Shown: positions 29,067 to 39,835, counted from the first letter of the stretch. The stretch: 64,000 bases of DNA from an uncultured Acidobacteriota bacterium (GCA_963827655.1 CAWHCF010000038.1:128001-192000); one strand, 5' to 3'. Translations and numbers: made by a program. The notes: a model not told the origin generated them from the sequence alone.

Positions 29067-30428
29067 TTACTTCGTAGCGGGTGCGGGCCTGGGTAGCCAC
29101 ACCGGTTGCATCTGTTCCTTGCTCCAGGTATCCCACGCTGCTCTCAAGGCCTTCACCTTGTCAGGGTGATTGGCGGCCAGGTCTTTCGCCTCGCTCGGAT
29201 CTTTCGCCAGATTGAACAGCATTGCCTGGGTCACCTTGGTCTCGTAGACGGGTCCCTGTGTCCCGGCCGCATAATCGAAGCCCTGGACCAGCTTCCAGTC
29301 GCCCTGGCGGATCGCCCATTGAGGACCAAACCGCCAGTGTAGAGCGTCATGCGGCCTGCCCCGTTTCTCGCCCTTGAGGTACGGCAGCAGGTTGACTCCA
29401 TCCAGCTTCCATTCCGGCTTGACCTCGCCCCCGCTGGCGGCGATCGCCGTTGGGAGTATGTCGAGTTGGATCACCGGATGGTCGTAGAGCTTGCCCGCGG
29501 GCAATTGTCCCTTCCATTGCACGAAGAACGGCACGCGGATACCTCCCTCCCACGTGTCGCCCTTCTGGCCCCTGAGCGGCCGGTTGTTCGACCCGTTTTG
29601 GCCCATCTTGGTCATCGGCCCGCCGTTGTCGCTGCAGAAGAAGATCAGCGTTCTATCTTCAAGCTTCAAACTGCGCACTGCCGTCAAGACCCGGCCCACC
29701 GCGTCGTCCAGCGCCGACAGCATCGCTGCGTAGCCCCGCCGTTCCTTGTCTTCGACGTTCTTGAAACGGTCCAGATACTTCTCGGTCGCCTGAATGGGGA
29801 CGTGGCATGCGTTGAACGGAAGGTAGAGAAAGAAAGGCCTGTCTTTGTTCTTCTGGATGATGTCGACGGCGCGCTCGGCGTATGCGTCGGTCGTGTAGAA
29901 AGCCGCATCGTCGACGCGTTTCGGGTCCGGACTGAGTCGGGAATCTACCAGCTGGGGGTGGAAGAAGGGGGTGTTGGCCAGGGTGCCATAGAACTCATCG
30001 AAGCCGCGCTTCATCGGCCGGAACTCGGGTCCGTAACCCAGGTGCCACTTGCCGACAGCGGCCGTAGCGTAGCCGAGGATCTTCATCCGGTCGGCGAGAG
30101 TGGTCTCTCCGAGCGGCAGGCCGAAAATGTCGCGATTGCCGCCGCCCTCGTTGAATTCGTGGCCGAAGCGCGTCTGGTAGCGCCCGGTCAGCAGGCCGGC
30201 CCGCGTCGGGCTGCAATACGGGCCGGAGACGTAACCACGGGTAAACCGGATTCCGCCTTTTGCAATCGAATCGATCTGGGGTGTGGGGACGTCCTTCCCT
30301 CCCTGTACACCAAGGTCGGAGTAACCGAGGTCGTCGGCCAGAATCACGATGACGTTGGGTCGCTCGGCCGCCATTGCCGCAATCGAAACGAGACTCACAG
30401 CCAAAACCGAGATCAGCGTGCGGATCAT
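29067..30428 (-). CDS. Exported arylsulfatase (Cys-type)
   Basis: PNVIVILADDLG, CSPTRAGLLTGR, GKWHLG, SDNGG. Confidence 0.93.
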   Translation of the reverse strand: MIRTLISVLAVSLVSIAAMAAERPNVIVILADDLGYSDLGVQGGKDVPTPQIDSIAKGGIRFTRGYVSGPYCSPTRAGLLTGRYQTRFGHEFNEGGGNRDIFGLPLGETTLADRMKILGYATAAVGKWHLGYGPEFRPMKRGFDEFYGTLANTPFFHPQLVDSRLSPDPKRVDDAAFYTTDAYAERAVDIIQKNKDRPFFLYLPFNACHVPIQATEKYLDRFKNVEDKERRGYAAMLSALDDAVGRVLTAVRSLKLEDRTLIFFCSDNGGPMTKMGQNGSNNRPLRGQKGDTWEGGIRVPFFVQWKGQLPAGKLYDHPVIQLDILPTAIAASGGEVKPEWKLDGVNLLPYLKGEKRGRPHDALHWRFGPQWAIRQGDWKLVQGFDYAAGTQGPVYETKVTQAMLFNLAKDPSEAKDLAANHPDKVKALRAAWDTWSKEQMQPVWLPRPAPATK

Positions 30429-30602
30429 GATTGGTTTCCCTCAGGTTGGTATTTGGGGTTCGCTGTTTCCAGCGCGGAAAACTGGGACGTCGCCAATTTT
30501 TGCTCTTAGGATACCCGACAGGAGCATCTCGGGCGTCTGATCGAAGGCTACTATACGCGCCGGGCTTGGTGCTGTCCATCGCAACGCAGATTGTGGCTTG
30601 GG

Positions 30603-31424
30603 TCACGCCTCAAACATGGCGCTGATTTCCCGATAGCTTACAGCGTCATCGGCAAAAGTGAAGGTGCCGGTTTCTCGCATTTCCCGCGCAGCGCGAAGAA
30701 AAGCGCCGAGGGCGGCGCGGGAGAGCGCGCTGCCAACGCTGATGCGTTTAACCCCCAGTTCGGAAAGCGACGCAAGGCTCAGCTGAATGCCTTGCAGCCC
30801 CATCAGAACGTTCACCGGGCGATCGAGGGAACGGACCACAGCGGCGATGTCGTCCTTGCTCGTAAGTCCCGGCGCATAGAGAACATCCGCGCCCGCCTCC
30901 TGATAGGTCTGAAGCCGCTTGATCGTGTCTTTGAGATCGGGCCGCCCGACCAGGTAGTTTTCGGCCCGGGCCGTCAACGTGAAAGGAAAAGGAAGAGAAC
31001 GGGCCGCGTCCGCCGCCGCACGGACTCGCTCAACCGCCCGCTGATGCTGGTAAATCGGATCACTCGGGCGATTGGTGGCATCTTCGATCGAGCCGCCGAC
31101 AAGGCCAGCGTCCGCGGCAAGCCGGATGGTTTCTGCGACCGTTTCGGGATCATCCCCAAAGCCGCTCTCAAGATCGCCGCTTACAGGCAACTCGCTGCCC
31201 GATGCAATAGCGCCTACATGCCTCATCATCCTGTCCCGGCTAATCGTCTTGTCCCGCTGTCCGACAGAAAACGCATATCCGCCGCTCGTGGTCGCCAGCG
31301 CTTCAAAGCCCAGGTACGCAAGTAGCCGCGCCGTGCCAACGTCCCACGGATTGGGGATGATAAATGCGCTCTCCCGTTCGTGGAGTGCGCGGAAGGCGCT
31401 CCCTTTTTCTGCCTGAGTTCGCAT
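30603..31424 (-). CDS. Isocitrate lyase/PEP mutase family protein (probable ex-integron cassette)
   Basis: PNPWDVGTA, ALATTS, DLESGFG, GGSIED; begins 18 nt after an attC R' box. Confidence 0.9.
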   Translation of the reverse strand: MRTQAEKGSAFRALHERESAFIIPNPWDVGTARLLAYLGFEALATTSGGYAFSVGQRDKTISRDRMMRHVGAIASGSELPVSGDLESGFGDDPETVAETIRLAADAGLVGGSIEDATNRPSDPIYQHQRAVERVRAAADAARSLPFPFTLTARAENYLVGRPDLKDTIKRLQTYQEAGADVLYAPGLTSKDDIAAVVRSLDRPVNVLMGLQGIQLSLASLSELGVKRISVGSALSRAALGAFLRAAREMRETGTFTFADDAVSYREISAMFEA

Positions 31425-31442
31425 CCGATACCTCCGGCCCAA

Positions 31443-31506
31443 GCCCAACGTGCCAGCTCAGGCGTGCGCGTCGCTTTTACGCATCCCCTGCAGCGCCGGG
31501 TTGGGC
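31443..31506 (-). other. Integron attC recombination site
   Basis: Minus strand: R'' GCCCAAC, 5 nt, L'' GCTGCAGG (extra-helical G), ..., L' CCTGAGC, 6 nt, R' GTTGGGC. Confidence 0.8.
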
Positions 31507-31692
31507 GTCGCGTCGCAACCAGGCGAGAACGTCATCCGCGTTCAGGTGAATCAATATGACCAGGTCGTTCGCGTTCGTCGTCACAACCGACCCATCCAGA
31601 TTGGGTTGGGCATGATCCAGCCAACCGAATCATGCAAGGGCCTTGTTTCAGCGATCGGATCCCTGTCACCGACTCTTGCATCGGGCAGCGGG

Positions 31693-33891
31693 TCAAAAGA
31701 TATTGACTGTATACGTGACCCTGAAATTGCGGCCATACTCCGCCGCCAGGTCCTTGATGTACGAGAGATGGTTCCGGTACAGGCGGTCTCCTGCGTTGAT
31801 CAGCGCGGCGCTGATGGTGTGGCCGATCCGTCCGGCGTTCCAGGTATAGGCGGCCTTGAGGTTCACCACGGCGTAACCCGCAGTCCTGGTCTCCGGACCG
31901 AAAACCTCATCCTGGTCCGAGGCCATAACAAGCTGAGGCGCAAAACTGAAGCCTTTGTGGCGGAATTCCACGCCGGCGCGTCCGCGCAACGGAGGAATGC
32001 GCGGCAAGTGCTCGCCGCTGTCGGTCAGCTCGGCGTTCACGTAGTCCGTACCAAGGTCCAACCAGAGCCAGTGCGTCAGCCCCACCCCGAGGCCGATCTC
32101 GAAACCGGTAAAACGGGAGTTGCCTTGAGTGAACTCAAAGACCGGGAGATTGTCTTCGATCTCGCCGGTCGGAGCGCCGAAGATGAAGTCCTGAATGTGG
32201 GTGTAGAAATAGTTGACCTCTCCGCGGAAACGCTCGGTCTGATGGCGCAACGAGAGGTCGATGCCGTTCCCGAGCTCGCGGCTCAGATTGGGGTTGCCGA
32301 TCTCAAATCGCACCGTGCCAATGTGGGGGCCGTTGTTGTACAACTCCTCGAGCGCAGGCGCGCGGTACGCCAGAGCGTAGTTTGCGGCGAAGACGGTGCT
32401 GGGGCCCAAGTCCTGCAGGAGACCAACCGATCCCGAGAACCCAGTGAAGCTCCGGTCGATCAGGCCGTCGGGACTGTAACTCGTATGGTCAAGGCGCCCT
32501 CCGAACTGAAGCTTGGATCTTTCCCATGCCAATTCCTCGTAGGCGAAAACGGCGAAGCTGTTTTGCCTGGTCGGGGGAGCCAGGGCTTCTGCGCCAATGG
32601 TCTCGTAGTCGCGGTGCAGCCCCCAGATGCCGAGGGTTCCGGTGAGCCGTCCGGCCCTGGCCTGCTCGAAGAATCCCTGGTATTCGAAAAGGTTGTTATT
32701 GAATCGCGTCGTGACTTCGTCTTCCTCGAGTTCCGCGTGTTGGTAGTCGGTATATCCTGCCCGGAAGCGCAAGTTATTAAACGGACCCGCGAGGTTCTTG
32801 AGGCCGGCCTTGAACTGAAACACGTCGCGCTTCGTATCGATGTCGATTAGCGCGTCCTCTTCCCCCTCGAAAGTGCCGGCGAACGGAATCCCAAAACGCA
32901 AATCGTCGTGTCCATAGTTGAAGCCGAAGCTTCCTCGCTCCTTGACGAAGTCAAAACCGAGCTGCGCGGTTCCAGTGCGCGTTCGACTGTTCGGGACCGT
33001 CCCTTCCGGCGTATGGTAATCATCGGCGCGCCTTCCCCCTCCCCCGGCATGGAAGATCCAGCTCCCGGTGCCCAGGTCGATGTGGCCGTTGGCCGCCCCT
33101 TCCGAGTTGACCGTTCCCCCTTCAAAGCGCGCGTGTCCACTGACGCCCTTGAACGGCGCGGTGTGGCCGACGTCGGAACTTACCGTATTGATGACGCCGC
33201 CGATGGCATTGCTGCCGTAAAGCAGCGATGCCGGACCGCGCACGACTTCAATTCGTTCGAGGCTTGAAGGATCGATCGGAACACCATGGTCGCCTGACTG
33301 GCTGCTCAAGTCGGCCGTGCGGTTGCCGTCCTGAATCACCAGCACGCGGTCGCCATCGAAGCCCCGGATCACCGGACGGGCCGAGCCCGGACCAAAACTG
33401 CGCATATTGACGCCAGGCTGCTCCTTGAGCGATTCGGCCAGCGTGCCCGAGAGGTTCTGTTCCAACTTTATCCCTTCAAGGGTCGATGTTGGTTGATAGG
33501 TTCTGAAGGTTTCTTGAGTGTACGGGCTCGCGGATACGACAACATTCATCGCCAGTGGAGAAAGGGTCATCGGGATGTTGACCCTGGTCACGGCGTTATC
33601 CGTCACCTGAATCTTTTGCGAGCTGGTCTGGAAACTGGGGCCGCGCGCCTCGAGGAGGTAGGTTCCAGGCTGCACCCCCTCGATCTTGAACCCGCCGTTG
33701 TTGTCGGTAACAGCCGTTTGCCTGGTTTCAACGACCGTTAATTCGATGCCCGGCAGGGGTTTTTTGCTGCCGCCATGACTGACGATTCCTTCGACCGAAC
33801 CCGGTGCGGCCCAGGCCGGCTCAGCGCAACTCAGCAATAACAGAAGCAAAATCCAGTTCTGGATGGACTCGAAATAATTGCGGAAAATCAT
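31693..33891 (-). CDS. TonB-dependent receptor (ZnuD-like, metal uptake)
   Basis: Signal peptide, carboxypeptidase-like N-domain, ARPVIRG...DHG plug, IEVVRGPASLLYG, RNHLSY, terminal F. Confidence 0.92.
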   Translation of the reverse strand: MIFRNYFESIQNWILLLLLLSCAEPAWAAPGSVEGIVSHGGSKKPLPGIELTVVETRQTAVTDNNGGFKIEGVQPGTYLLEARGPSFQTSSQKIQVTDNAVTRVNIPMTLSPLAMNVVVSASPYTQETFRTYQPTSTLEGIKLEQNLSGTLAESLKEQPGVNMRSFGPGSARPVIRGFDGDRVLVIQDGNRTADLSSQSGDHGVPIDPSSLERIEVVRGPASLLYGSNAIGGVINTVSSDVGHTAPFKGVSGHARFEGGTVNSEGAANGHIDLGTGSWIFHAGGGGRRADDYHTPEGTVPNSRTRTGTAQLGFDFVKERGSFGFNYGHDDLRFGIPFAGTFEGEEDALIDIDTKRDVFQFKAGLKNLAGPFNNLRFRAGYTDYQHAELEEDEVTTRFNNNLFEYQGFFEQARAGRLTGTLGIWGLHRDYETIGAEALAPPTRQNSFAVFAYEELAWERSKLQFGGRLDHTSYSPDGLIDRSFTGFSGSVGLLQDLGPSTVFAANYALAYRAPALEELYNNGPHIGTVRFEIGNPNLSRELGNGIDLSLRHQTERFRGEVNYFYTHIQDFIFGAPTGEIEDNLPVFEFTQGNSRFTGFEIGLGVGLTHWLWLDLGTDYVNAELTDSGEHLPRIPPLRGRAGVEFRHKGFSFAPQLVMASDQDEVFGPETRTAGYAVVNLKAAYTWNAGRIGHTISAALINAGDRLYRNHLSYIKDLAAEYGRNFRVTYTVNIF

Positions 33892-33985
33892 GGTGGTTCT
33901 CCCAATCTCGGCGATATCTGCGCAAACACGTGGGCGTGCGAAGATACTCGATAAGCGTTAGCGATGGTTCCTGTGCGCGCGTTGG

Positions 33986-34367
33986 TTACGGCCAGGTGTT
34001 GGGAGGACCGCGGTTTTCTTCAGGATTGAAAGAAGCGTGAATCAGCCGCAACTCTGCCCGAATCGGCGTGTTCGATCGATCTGTGGACGATCGCCGGAAC
34101 ATTCTCTTTCGGGATTAAGCCATTGCCCAGAACCTTGTGAAAGAAGCAGGCGTTGCAGGGTTCGGTCTTGTGGAGAGACTCACATCGAACGAGATGGTAG
34201 ACCGGGAGTCCGGCGTCATCTTCGGAGTGGAGGGCGGGTCCGCGATCATGGAGTGAAGAATGATCCTGGAGGGCGTCAATTCCTGTGGATAACAAACCCA
34301 CCAGGAGGCTCAACAGCAAAGCAGCGGCACAATATCGTGCGGAGGATCGCGTGCCTGTAAGACCCAT
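33986..34367 (-). CDS. DUF2946/CruR-like leader ORF (CxxC + RGPP), one indel near 34065
   Basis: Signal/TM segment, His-rich region, EPCNAC; the shifted frame reads IRAELRLIHASFNPEENRGPPNTWP* ending at 33986. Confidence 0.7.
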
Positions 34368-34449
34368 GATTGAGTTAATCTATGCCAGCGGCACTTCCCT
34401 GTCAACTCCGCGAAAACGACCCCACCGCAAGGATGCGGCGCCCCGGAGT

Positions 34450-35436
34450 CTAAATATAATGTTTCAGATGTTCGCGGTAGAAGGCGAGGGTTCGCGCCAA
34501 ACCGTCCCTCAGCGACACTCTCGGTTCCCATCCCAACACCGATCGAATGCGGCTGAAGTCTGCGTAGTAGTCGCCGATGTCAATCTTTTTCCGATCAGCC
34601 GGGTAAGAACGAACAACGTACTTGCCGCCGCCGTTGACGTCGATAAGAAGCTCCGCCAGCTCCTTCAGGTTGATGACGCAAGTGCCGCCGAGATTGAAAA
34701 CCTGTCCGTCCGTCTTCTCGCTCGAGGCCGTGAGGAGGAGGGCATCGACGGCATCGTCCACATAGGTGAAATCCCTCACCTGATCGCCGTCCCAAACTTC
34801 GAAAGCCTGGTCCTCGAGAATCTGGCGGATCCAGATTCCTACGAAGGTCTGACGCGCATCCTTGACTCGCATGCGCGGCCCGATCGTATTCGTGAGGCGC
34901 AGGGCGCAGGCGCGAACCCCGTAGACGTTGTTGTAAACGATGTGGTACCACTCTCCTGCCATTTTGTTGATGCCATTCACATCGGCCGGGCGCAGCAGAT
35001 GCTTCTCGTCAACCGGAAGGTAGTCCGGCTTGCCATAAACCTGGCGTGTGCTGGCAAAGATGATCTTGATGTCGGGATTGTGCTTGCGACAGGACTCCAG
35101 GATCGAGAGCTGTGCCCGGCAGTTGATATCGAGGTCGGTGTAGGGATCCTGCATCGAATCCGCATGACTGGTCTGGCCGGCCAGGTTGAAGAGCAAGTCC
35201 TTGTGCTGGACCAGGTATCGTAGGCTATATTCGTCACGGACGTCGGAAACATTGACCTGGACGCGATCCTCGAGGCCGGCGATGTTAAACAGGTTCCCGC
35301 CGTACTCCGGGACGAGGCTATCCACCAGCGTGACGCGCGCCCCCAGGTCGACCAGGTTGCGGGCAAGATTCGAGCCGATGAAACCCAGACCTCCGCTGAT
35401 CAGGACTCTACGACCGGCGAATGTTTCTCTATCCAT
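34450..35436 (-). CDS. NAD-dependent nucleotide-sugar epimerase/dehydratase
   Basis: GGLGFIG, ASTRQVYG, NGINK, RDFTYVDD. Confidence 0.92.
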   Translation of the reverse strand: MDRETFAGRRVLISGGLGFIGSNLARNLVDLGARVTLVDSLVPEYGGNLFNIAGLEDRVQVNVSDVRDEYSLRYLVQHKDLLFNLAGQTSHADSMQDPYTDLDINCRAQLSILESCRKHNPDIKIIFASTRQVYGKPDYLPVDEKHLLRPADVNGINKMAGEWYHIVYNNVYGVRACALRLTNTIGPRMRVKDARQTFVGIWIRQILEDQAFEVWDGDQVRDFTYVDDAVDALLLTASSEKTDGQVFNLGGTCVINLKELAELLIDVNGGGKYVVRSYPADRKKIDIGDYYADFSRIRSVLGWEPRVSLRDGLARTLAFYREHLKHYI

Positions 35437-35483
35437 TTCTCAACGAGCCTGTACTCTAATGATGATTTAGATCTTAACACGCT

Positions 35484-36502
35484 GTGACTTATTCTCGTCT
35501 TTCGGAGGGCGCTACGATCCGCGACTTGCCTCGTATCCACCTGGCTTACCTTCCCACGCCCGTGGACTTCCTTTCACGTCTCAGCGGCGCATTGCGGGGT
35601 CCTCGCATCTTCATCAAGCGCGATGATCTCACGGGCCTGGCGGAGGGGGGAAACAAGACCCGAAAACTCGAATATCTGCTGGCCGAGGCGAAGGCGCAAG
35701 ACGCCGATACCCTGGTCACGCTGGGTGCGCGACAATCAAACCACTGCCGGCAGACTGCGGCGGCGGCCGCCAGATGCGGCCTCAGGTGTATTCTCGTTCT
35801 GCGCGGCGACCCGCCGGCGGCAGCACCGGCAATCTGCTGCTCGATCGCTTGTTGGGCGCCGAGGTGCTCTGGTCCGGCAGCCGCCCGCGTGAGACGGTGA
35901 TGGACGAAGTCGTCGCGCGCGAACAGGCGTCGGGACGGCGGCCTTACGCTATTCCTCTGGGGGGGTCCAGCTCGCTCGGGGCCGCGGCATACGCAATCGC
36001 GATGGGCGAGGTGAAGGACCAGATGGCCTCGCTCGAGAATCAGCAGGTCGCCCGATTCGATCGGATCATCTTTGCGTCGAGTTCGGGCGGCACGCATGGC
36101 GGGCTTGTCGCCGGGGCGTACTTGACCGGCTTTGAAGGCGAGATTCTTGGAATCAGCATTGACCAGGAGCTTGCCGAACTTAAAGAGGCCGTCTCGCGCA
36201 TCGCGACCGGCGTGGCCGGCTTGCTCGCCCAGCCGCGCGCGTTCGCGGCGCGCGAGATCTCCGCCAGCGCCGACTACCGGGGTGAGGGATATGGAGTCAT
36301 GGGCAAGCCCGAGCGCGAGGCCATTTCATTGTTTGCCCGGCTCGAGGGTGTTTTATTGGATCCGGTTTACACCGGGCGCGCGGCTGCCGGCATGATCGAT
36401 CTTATTCGCCGGCGAGTAATCGGCCCCGAGGAGACGATTCTCTTCTGGCACACCGGCGGAACCCCGGCTCTCTGGGCGTACGAGCGCGAGTTACTCGCTT
36501 AG
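35484..36502 (+). CDS. D-cysteine desulfhydrase / ACC deaminase family PLP enzyme (indel ~35820)
   Basis: [36 protein letters not shown]. Confidence 0.9.
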
Positions 36503-36546
36503 CTGTCTTCGCGTCTTCGCGGTAAGTAGGTTAGACTCCTTGGATC

Positions 36547-37548
36547 ATGCGATCCATGGTTCTGGAAACTCCGGCCAAGATCGAGGAACAACCCTTGAAG
36601 GCGCGGGAATACCGGGTTCCGGAGCCGCAGGGAGATGAAATACGAATTCGGGTGAACGCGTGCGGGCTCTGCCACACCGACCTGCACACGGTCGAGGGGG
36701 ATCTGGCGCTGCCCAGATTGCCGGTTATTCCCGGACACCAGATCGTGGGTGTCGTCGAGGCTCTTGGCCCCGATGCTGCCGGGTTTCGTGAAGGCGATCG
36801 AGCAGGCGTTCCCTGGCTCCACAAGACCTGCGGCAGGTGCTATTTTTGCCTCAGGGGACGTGAGAACTTGTGCGAACGGGCGCAGTTCACCGGCTTGCAC
36901 GCCGACGGGGGGTACGCCGACTACGTTGTAGTGCCGCACGATTTCGCTTATCCTCTGCCCGGCGCATTTTCGGACTTGGCAGCAGCCCCCTTGCTTTGCG
37001 CCGGCATCATAGGTTACCGCGCGCTGCGCCTGAGCGAAGTCCGTCGCGGGGAAAGACTCGGACTTTACGGGTTTGGAGGTTCCGCCCATATTGCCATCCA
37101 GGTGGCGAGGCACTGGGGTTGTGAGGTCTACGTCTTCACCCGCAGCCAGGAGCACCGCGGGCTTGCGCGTGCTCTCGGAGCATCCTGGACCGGCGGCGCT
37201 GATGAAGAGCCGCCGGGGGCGCTCGACAGCGCCATCATTTTCGCACCGGCGGGGAATCTCGTCCCAGAGGCCCTGCGTGTCTTGCGCCCCGGGGGAATGA
37301 TAGCGCTGGCCGGCATCTACATGAGTCCTATTCCGGAGCTGGATTATCATTCTATCTATCACGAGAAGGCGATCCGAAGCGTCGCTAACAGTACCAGGCA
37401 GGACGCCCGCGAGCTTCTGGAGCTGGCGTGCGAAATTCCGATACGCACCGAAGTAGAAACGTTCGCGCTTGTCGAGGCGAACGAGGCTTTACTACGATTG
37501 AAGCAGAGCCGCATCCGGGGCGCCGGCGTCTTGACCATGACCCAGTAG
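36547..37548 (+). CDS. Zn-dependent alcohol dehydrogenase
   Basis: CGLCHTD, GHQIVG, CGRCYFC..C, GLYGFGGSA. Confidence 0.93.
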   Translation: MRSMVLETPAKIEEQPLKAREYRVPEPQGDEIRIRVNACGLCHTDLHTVEGDLALPRLPVIPGHQIVGVVEALGPDAAGFREGDRAGVPWLHKTCGRCYFCLRGRENLCERAQFTGLHADGGYADYVVVPHDFAYPLPGAFSDLAAAPLLCAGIIGYRALRLSEVRRGERLGLYGFGGSAHIAIQVARHWGCEVYVFTRSQEHRGLARALGASWTGGADEEPPGALDSAIIFAPAGNLVPEALRVLRPGGMIALAGIYMSPIPELDYHSIYHEKAIRSVANSTRQDARELLELACEIPIRTEVETFALVEANEALLRLKQSRIRGAGVLTMTQ

Positions 37549-37609
37549 GTCCGGCGAGAAAAGGATACCGCTAAGACGCAAAGGCTCGAGGAAGAGAAGC
37601 TGGAGAGTC

Positions 37610-39061
37610 ATGAAACTGAGGTTTCTTCTTTATGGATTCGTCGGCCTGGCTGCTCTATTCGTCGCGGTCATGGCCTATCTGGTGTATTTCGGTGATGCCC
37701 CGGATGGCGCGGGCCTGTTTGACTCCGGAGGCATCGCTCAGCAGCTCGGGGGGGGATCCAGGACGGTCTCCGGCAAGCGTGGAAAACTGACGATCGCCTA
37801 CACCGGCGACATCACAGGAAGCCTGGATCCGTGCGGCTGAACCGAGCCCGCCATGGGCGGAATGGCCCGGAGGGCCACTGCAATTAAAGACTACAGGCGA
37901 CAGCATCCGGATCGACCTTTGCTGCTGGTTGAAACCGGGAATGCCATGAAACAGGGAGATAACCTGGATGATCCGGCCAGCCGGTGGGTGGTCGAGGCCC
38001 TCCACGCCCTGGGAAGTCACGCCGTCAACACCACAGTTGGCGATTTGCGCAGGCTGAACCGGCTAGCCGAGCTGGGCCAGGTCCCGCGTGAACTGCGAAC
38101 CACATATCTCGCGACCGCGATACAGCCTGCGTCCGCCAAGCATTTTCCCATCAAGCCTTATCTCGTCCAGTCGCTGCGGGCCGCGCAGGGGAACGAGGAA
38201 GTCCGCGCGGGCATCCTCGCGGTAAGCTCCGGCAACGAGGAGGCCTCCGGTGTCGGGCAAATCATTAACACGGATGAAGCACTGCGGCGCCATCTGCCGG
38301 AAGTGGCGGCGCAGTCGGATATTGTCGTCCTTCTGACCCGAGCCTCGGACCGGGAACTGGGAAGACTGGGACAGATGTTTCCAGCGATCGATGTGATCAT
38401 CAACGGCAGCGCACATGGAGAAGGGCGCGAATTCGAAAGGAAGGGCGGGACCGTCATGGTGGAGTCCGCTCACGGCGGCGTCGGGCTGGGCGTCTTGGAG
38501 CTCGAATGGGATGTCTCCGGAAGCATCGAAAAATCCAGCAATCATATCATTCCGCTGCCGCCACCCATGCCGGATGATCCCGAGATAGTCGCTCTAGCCC
38601 GGAAGGCCCATCTGGAATCGATCGATTATCTCGAGGAGGAGGCAAAGCGAAGCCCTCCCGTGACCGTTCCTTCCATGTTTGCCGGTGCGGGCGCCTGCAA
38701 GGACTGCCATGCAGCCGCCTTTCGGGTTTGGAAGAAGAGCGGGCATGCCCACGCGATCGATACGCTCAAGCGGACCCGCGACCACTTCAATCCGGCCTGT
38801 CTGGAGTGTCACGTCACGGGATTTGCCGACCGGGTCGGAGGATTCGTCAATATACTGCGCACGCCTGAACTGGCCGACGTCCAGTGCGAAGCGTGTCATG
38901 GGCCGTCCGTCAAGCATTCTCAGAATCCCCAAGATTTTCACCCCAGCCCGGCCGAGCACATGCGCAAGAGAGTAAGGAAGGAGTTCTGCCTGCGCTGCCA
39001 CACGTCGGAAAACTCGCCTGGTTTCAATTACGAGACCTATTGGCCAAAGATCCAGCATTAG
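37610..39061 (+). CDS. Membrane-anchored UshA-like selenoprotein fused to tetraheme cytochrome c (Sec at TGA 37838-37840)
   Basis: ORFs 37610-37840 and 37853-39061 are in one frame: YTGDITGSLDPCG-U-TEPAMGGMARRAT; four CxxCH motifs (CKDCH, CLECH, CEACH, CLRCH). Confidence 0.85.
37841..37875 (+). promoter_or_regulatory. Candidate bacterial SECIS hairpin
   Basis: CCGCC-ATG-GGCGG stem-loop starting ~8 nt after the in-frame UGA, G in or next to the loop. Confidence 0.55.
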
Positions 39062-39286
39062 CTCGGGGATGCTTAGCGTTTCTTCGTGTCCTCGTGTCTT
39101 AGGGAGCCCTTAGTGGTCGGTTTTTGTTCCGTCTTCTGGCAATGGAGTGCTGGCCTGGTTCGCGCGAAATAAGTCGCATTCTGCTGCGCAGCCGAGGTGC
39201 GATTCTCAGCCTGCTTAGCGAACAGAAACCGGTTCATGATTGACCACCGACTTGCGCCAGAATGTGAAGTTATTTCTGCGCGAGCC

Positions 39287-39835
39287 CTAAGGCTTCTTTT
39301 CCCAATCTGTCCGCAGCACGGCCATCACCAGCGTGTCGCGGTAGGCGCCGTCATGGAAGTTATCCTGGCGCAGGCGCCCTTCCAGTTGAAAGCCAACTTT
39401 CTCATAGCAACGGATGCCCCGCGGATTGTCGGCGTAAACTCGAAGGAAAACCCGGTTGAGGTTGAGGGTGCTGAACCCCCAAGCGACCAGTGTGCGGACG
39501 GCGTCGGTTCCGTAGCCCAGGTTCCAGTATTCTTTCACCCCGATCAGAATTCCGATCTCGCCGGAGCGGTTGCGCCAGTCGATTGCGTGATAACCACACC
39601 CGCCAATATGTTCCCAGCCCTTACTTTCGGTTCCTCCGGGAAGCGCATCAATGGCCCACGCCTGCGTGTCTTCTGCCGACAGGTTTTGTTCGAACCAGCG
39701 CTCTTCTTGCTCGAGACTCAAGGGTCTGTATTGAGCCAGATGAGTGCGGACTTCAGGATCAGCGAACCAGCGGACAAATCGAGGCAGGTCATCCCGGTCG
39801 ATGGGCCGCAAGCGAATATTCCTTCCAGGTATCAT
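39287..39835 (-). CDS. GNAT acetyltransferase, RimJ/RimL family
   Basis: IRLRPI, YWNLGYGTDA, NPRGIRCYEKVGF. Confidence 0.92.
   Translation of the reverse strand: MIPGRNIRLRPIDRDDLPRFVRWFADPEVRTHLAQYRPLSLEQEERWFEQNLSAEDTQAWAIDALPGGTESKGWEHIGGCGYHAIDWRNRSGEIGILIGVKEYWNLGYGTDAVRTLVAWGFSTLNLNRVFLRVYADNPRGIRCYEKVGFQLEGRLRQDNFHDGAYRDTLVMAVLRTDWEKKP

Noticed and set aside
37853-39061. Independent gene starting at ATG 37853
   Set aside because: It would lack an export signal for a c-type cytochrome and would cut a conserved motif; UGA read-through explains it better.
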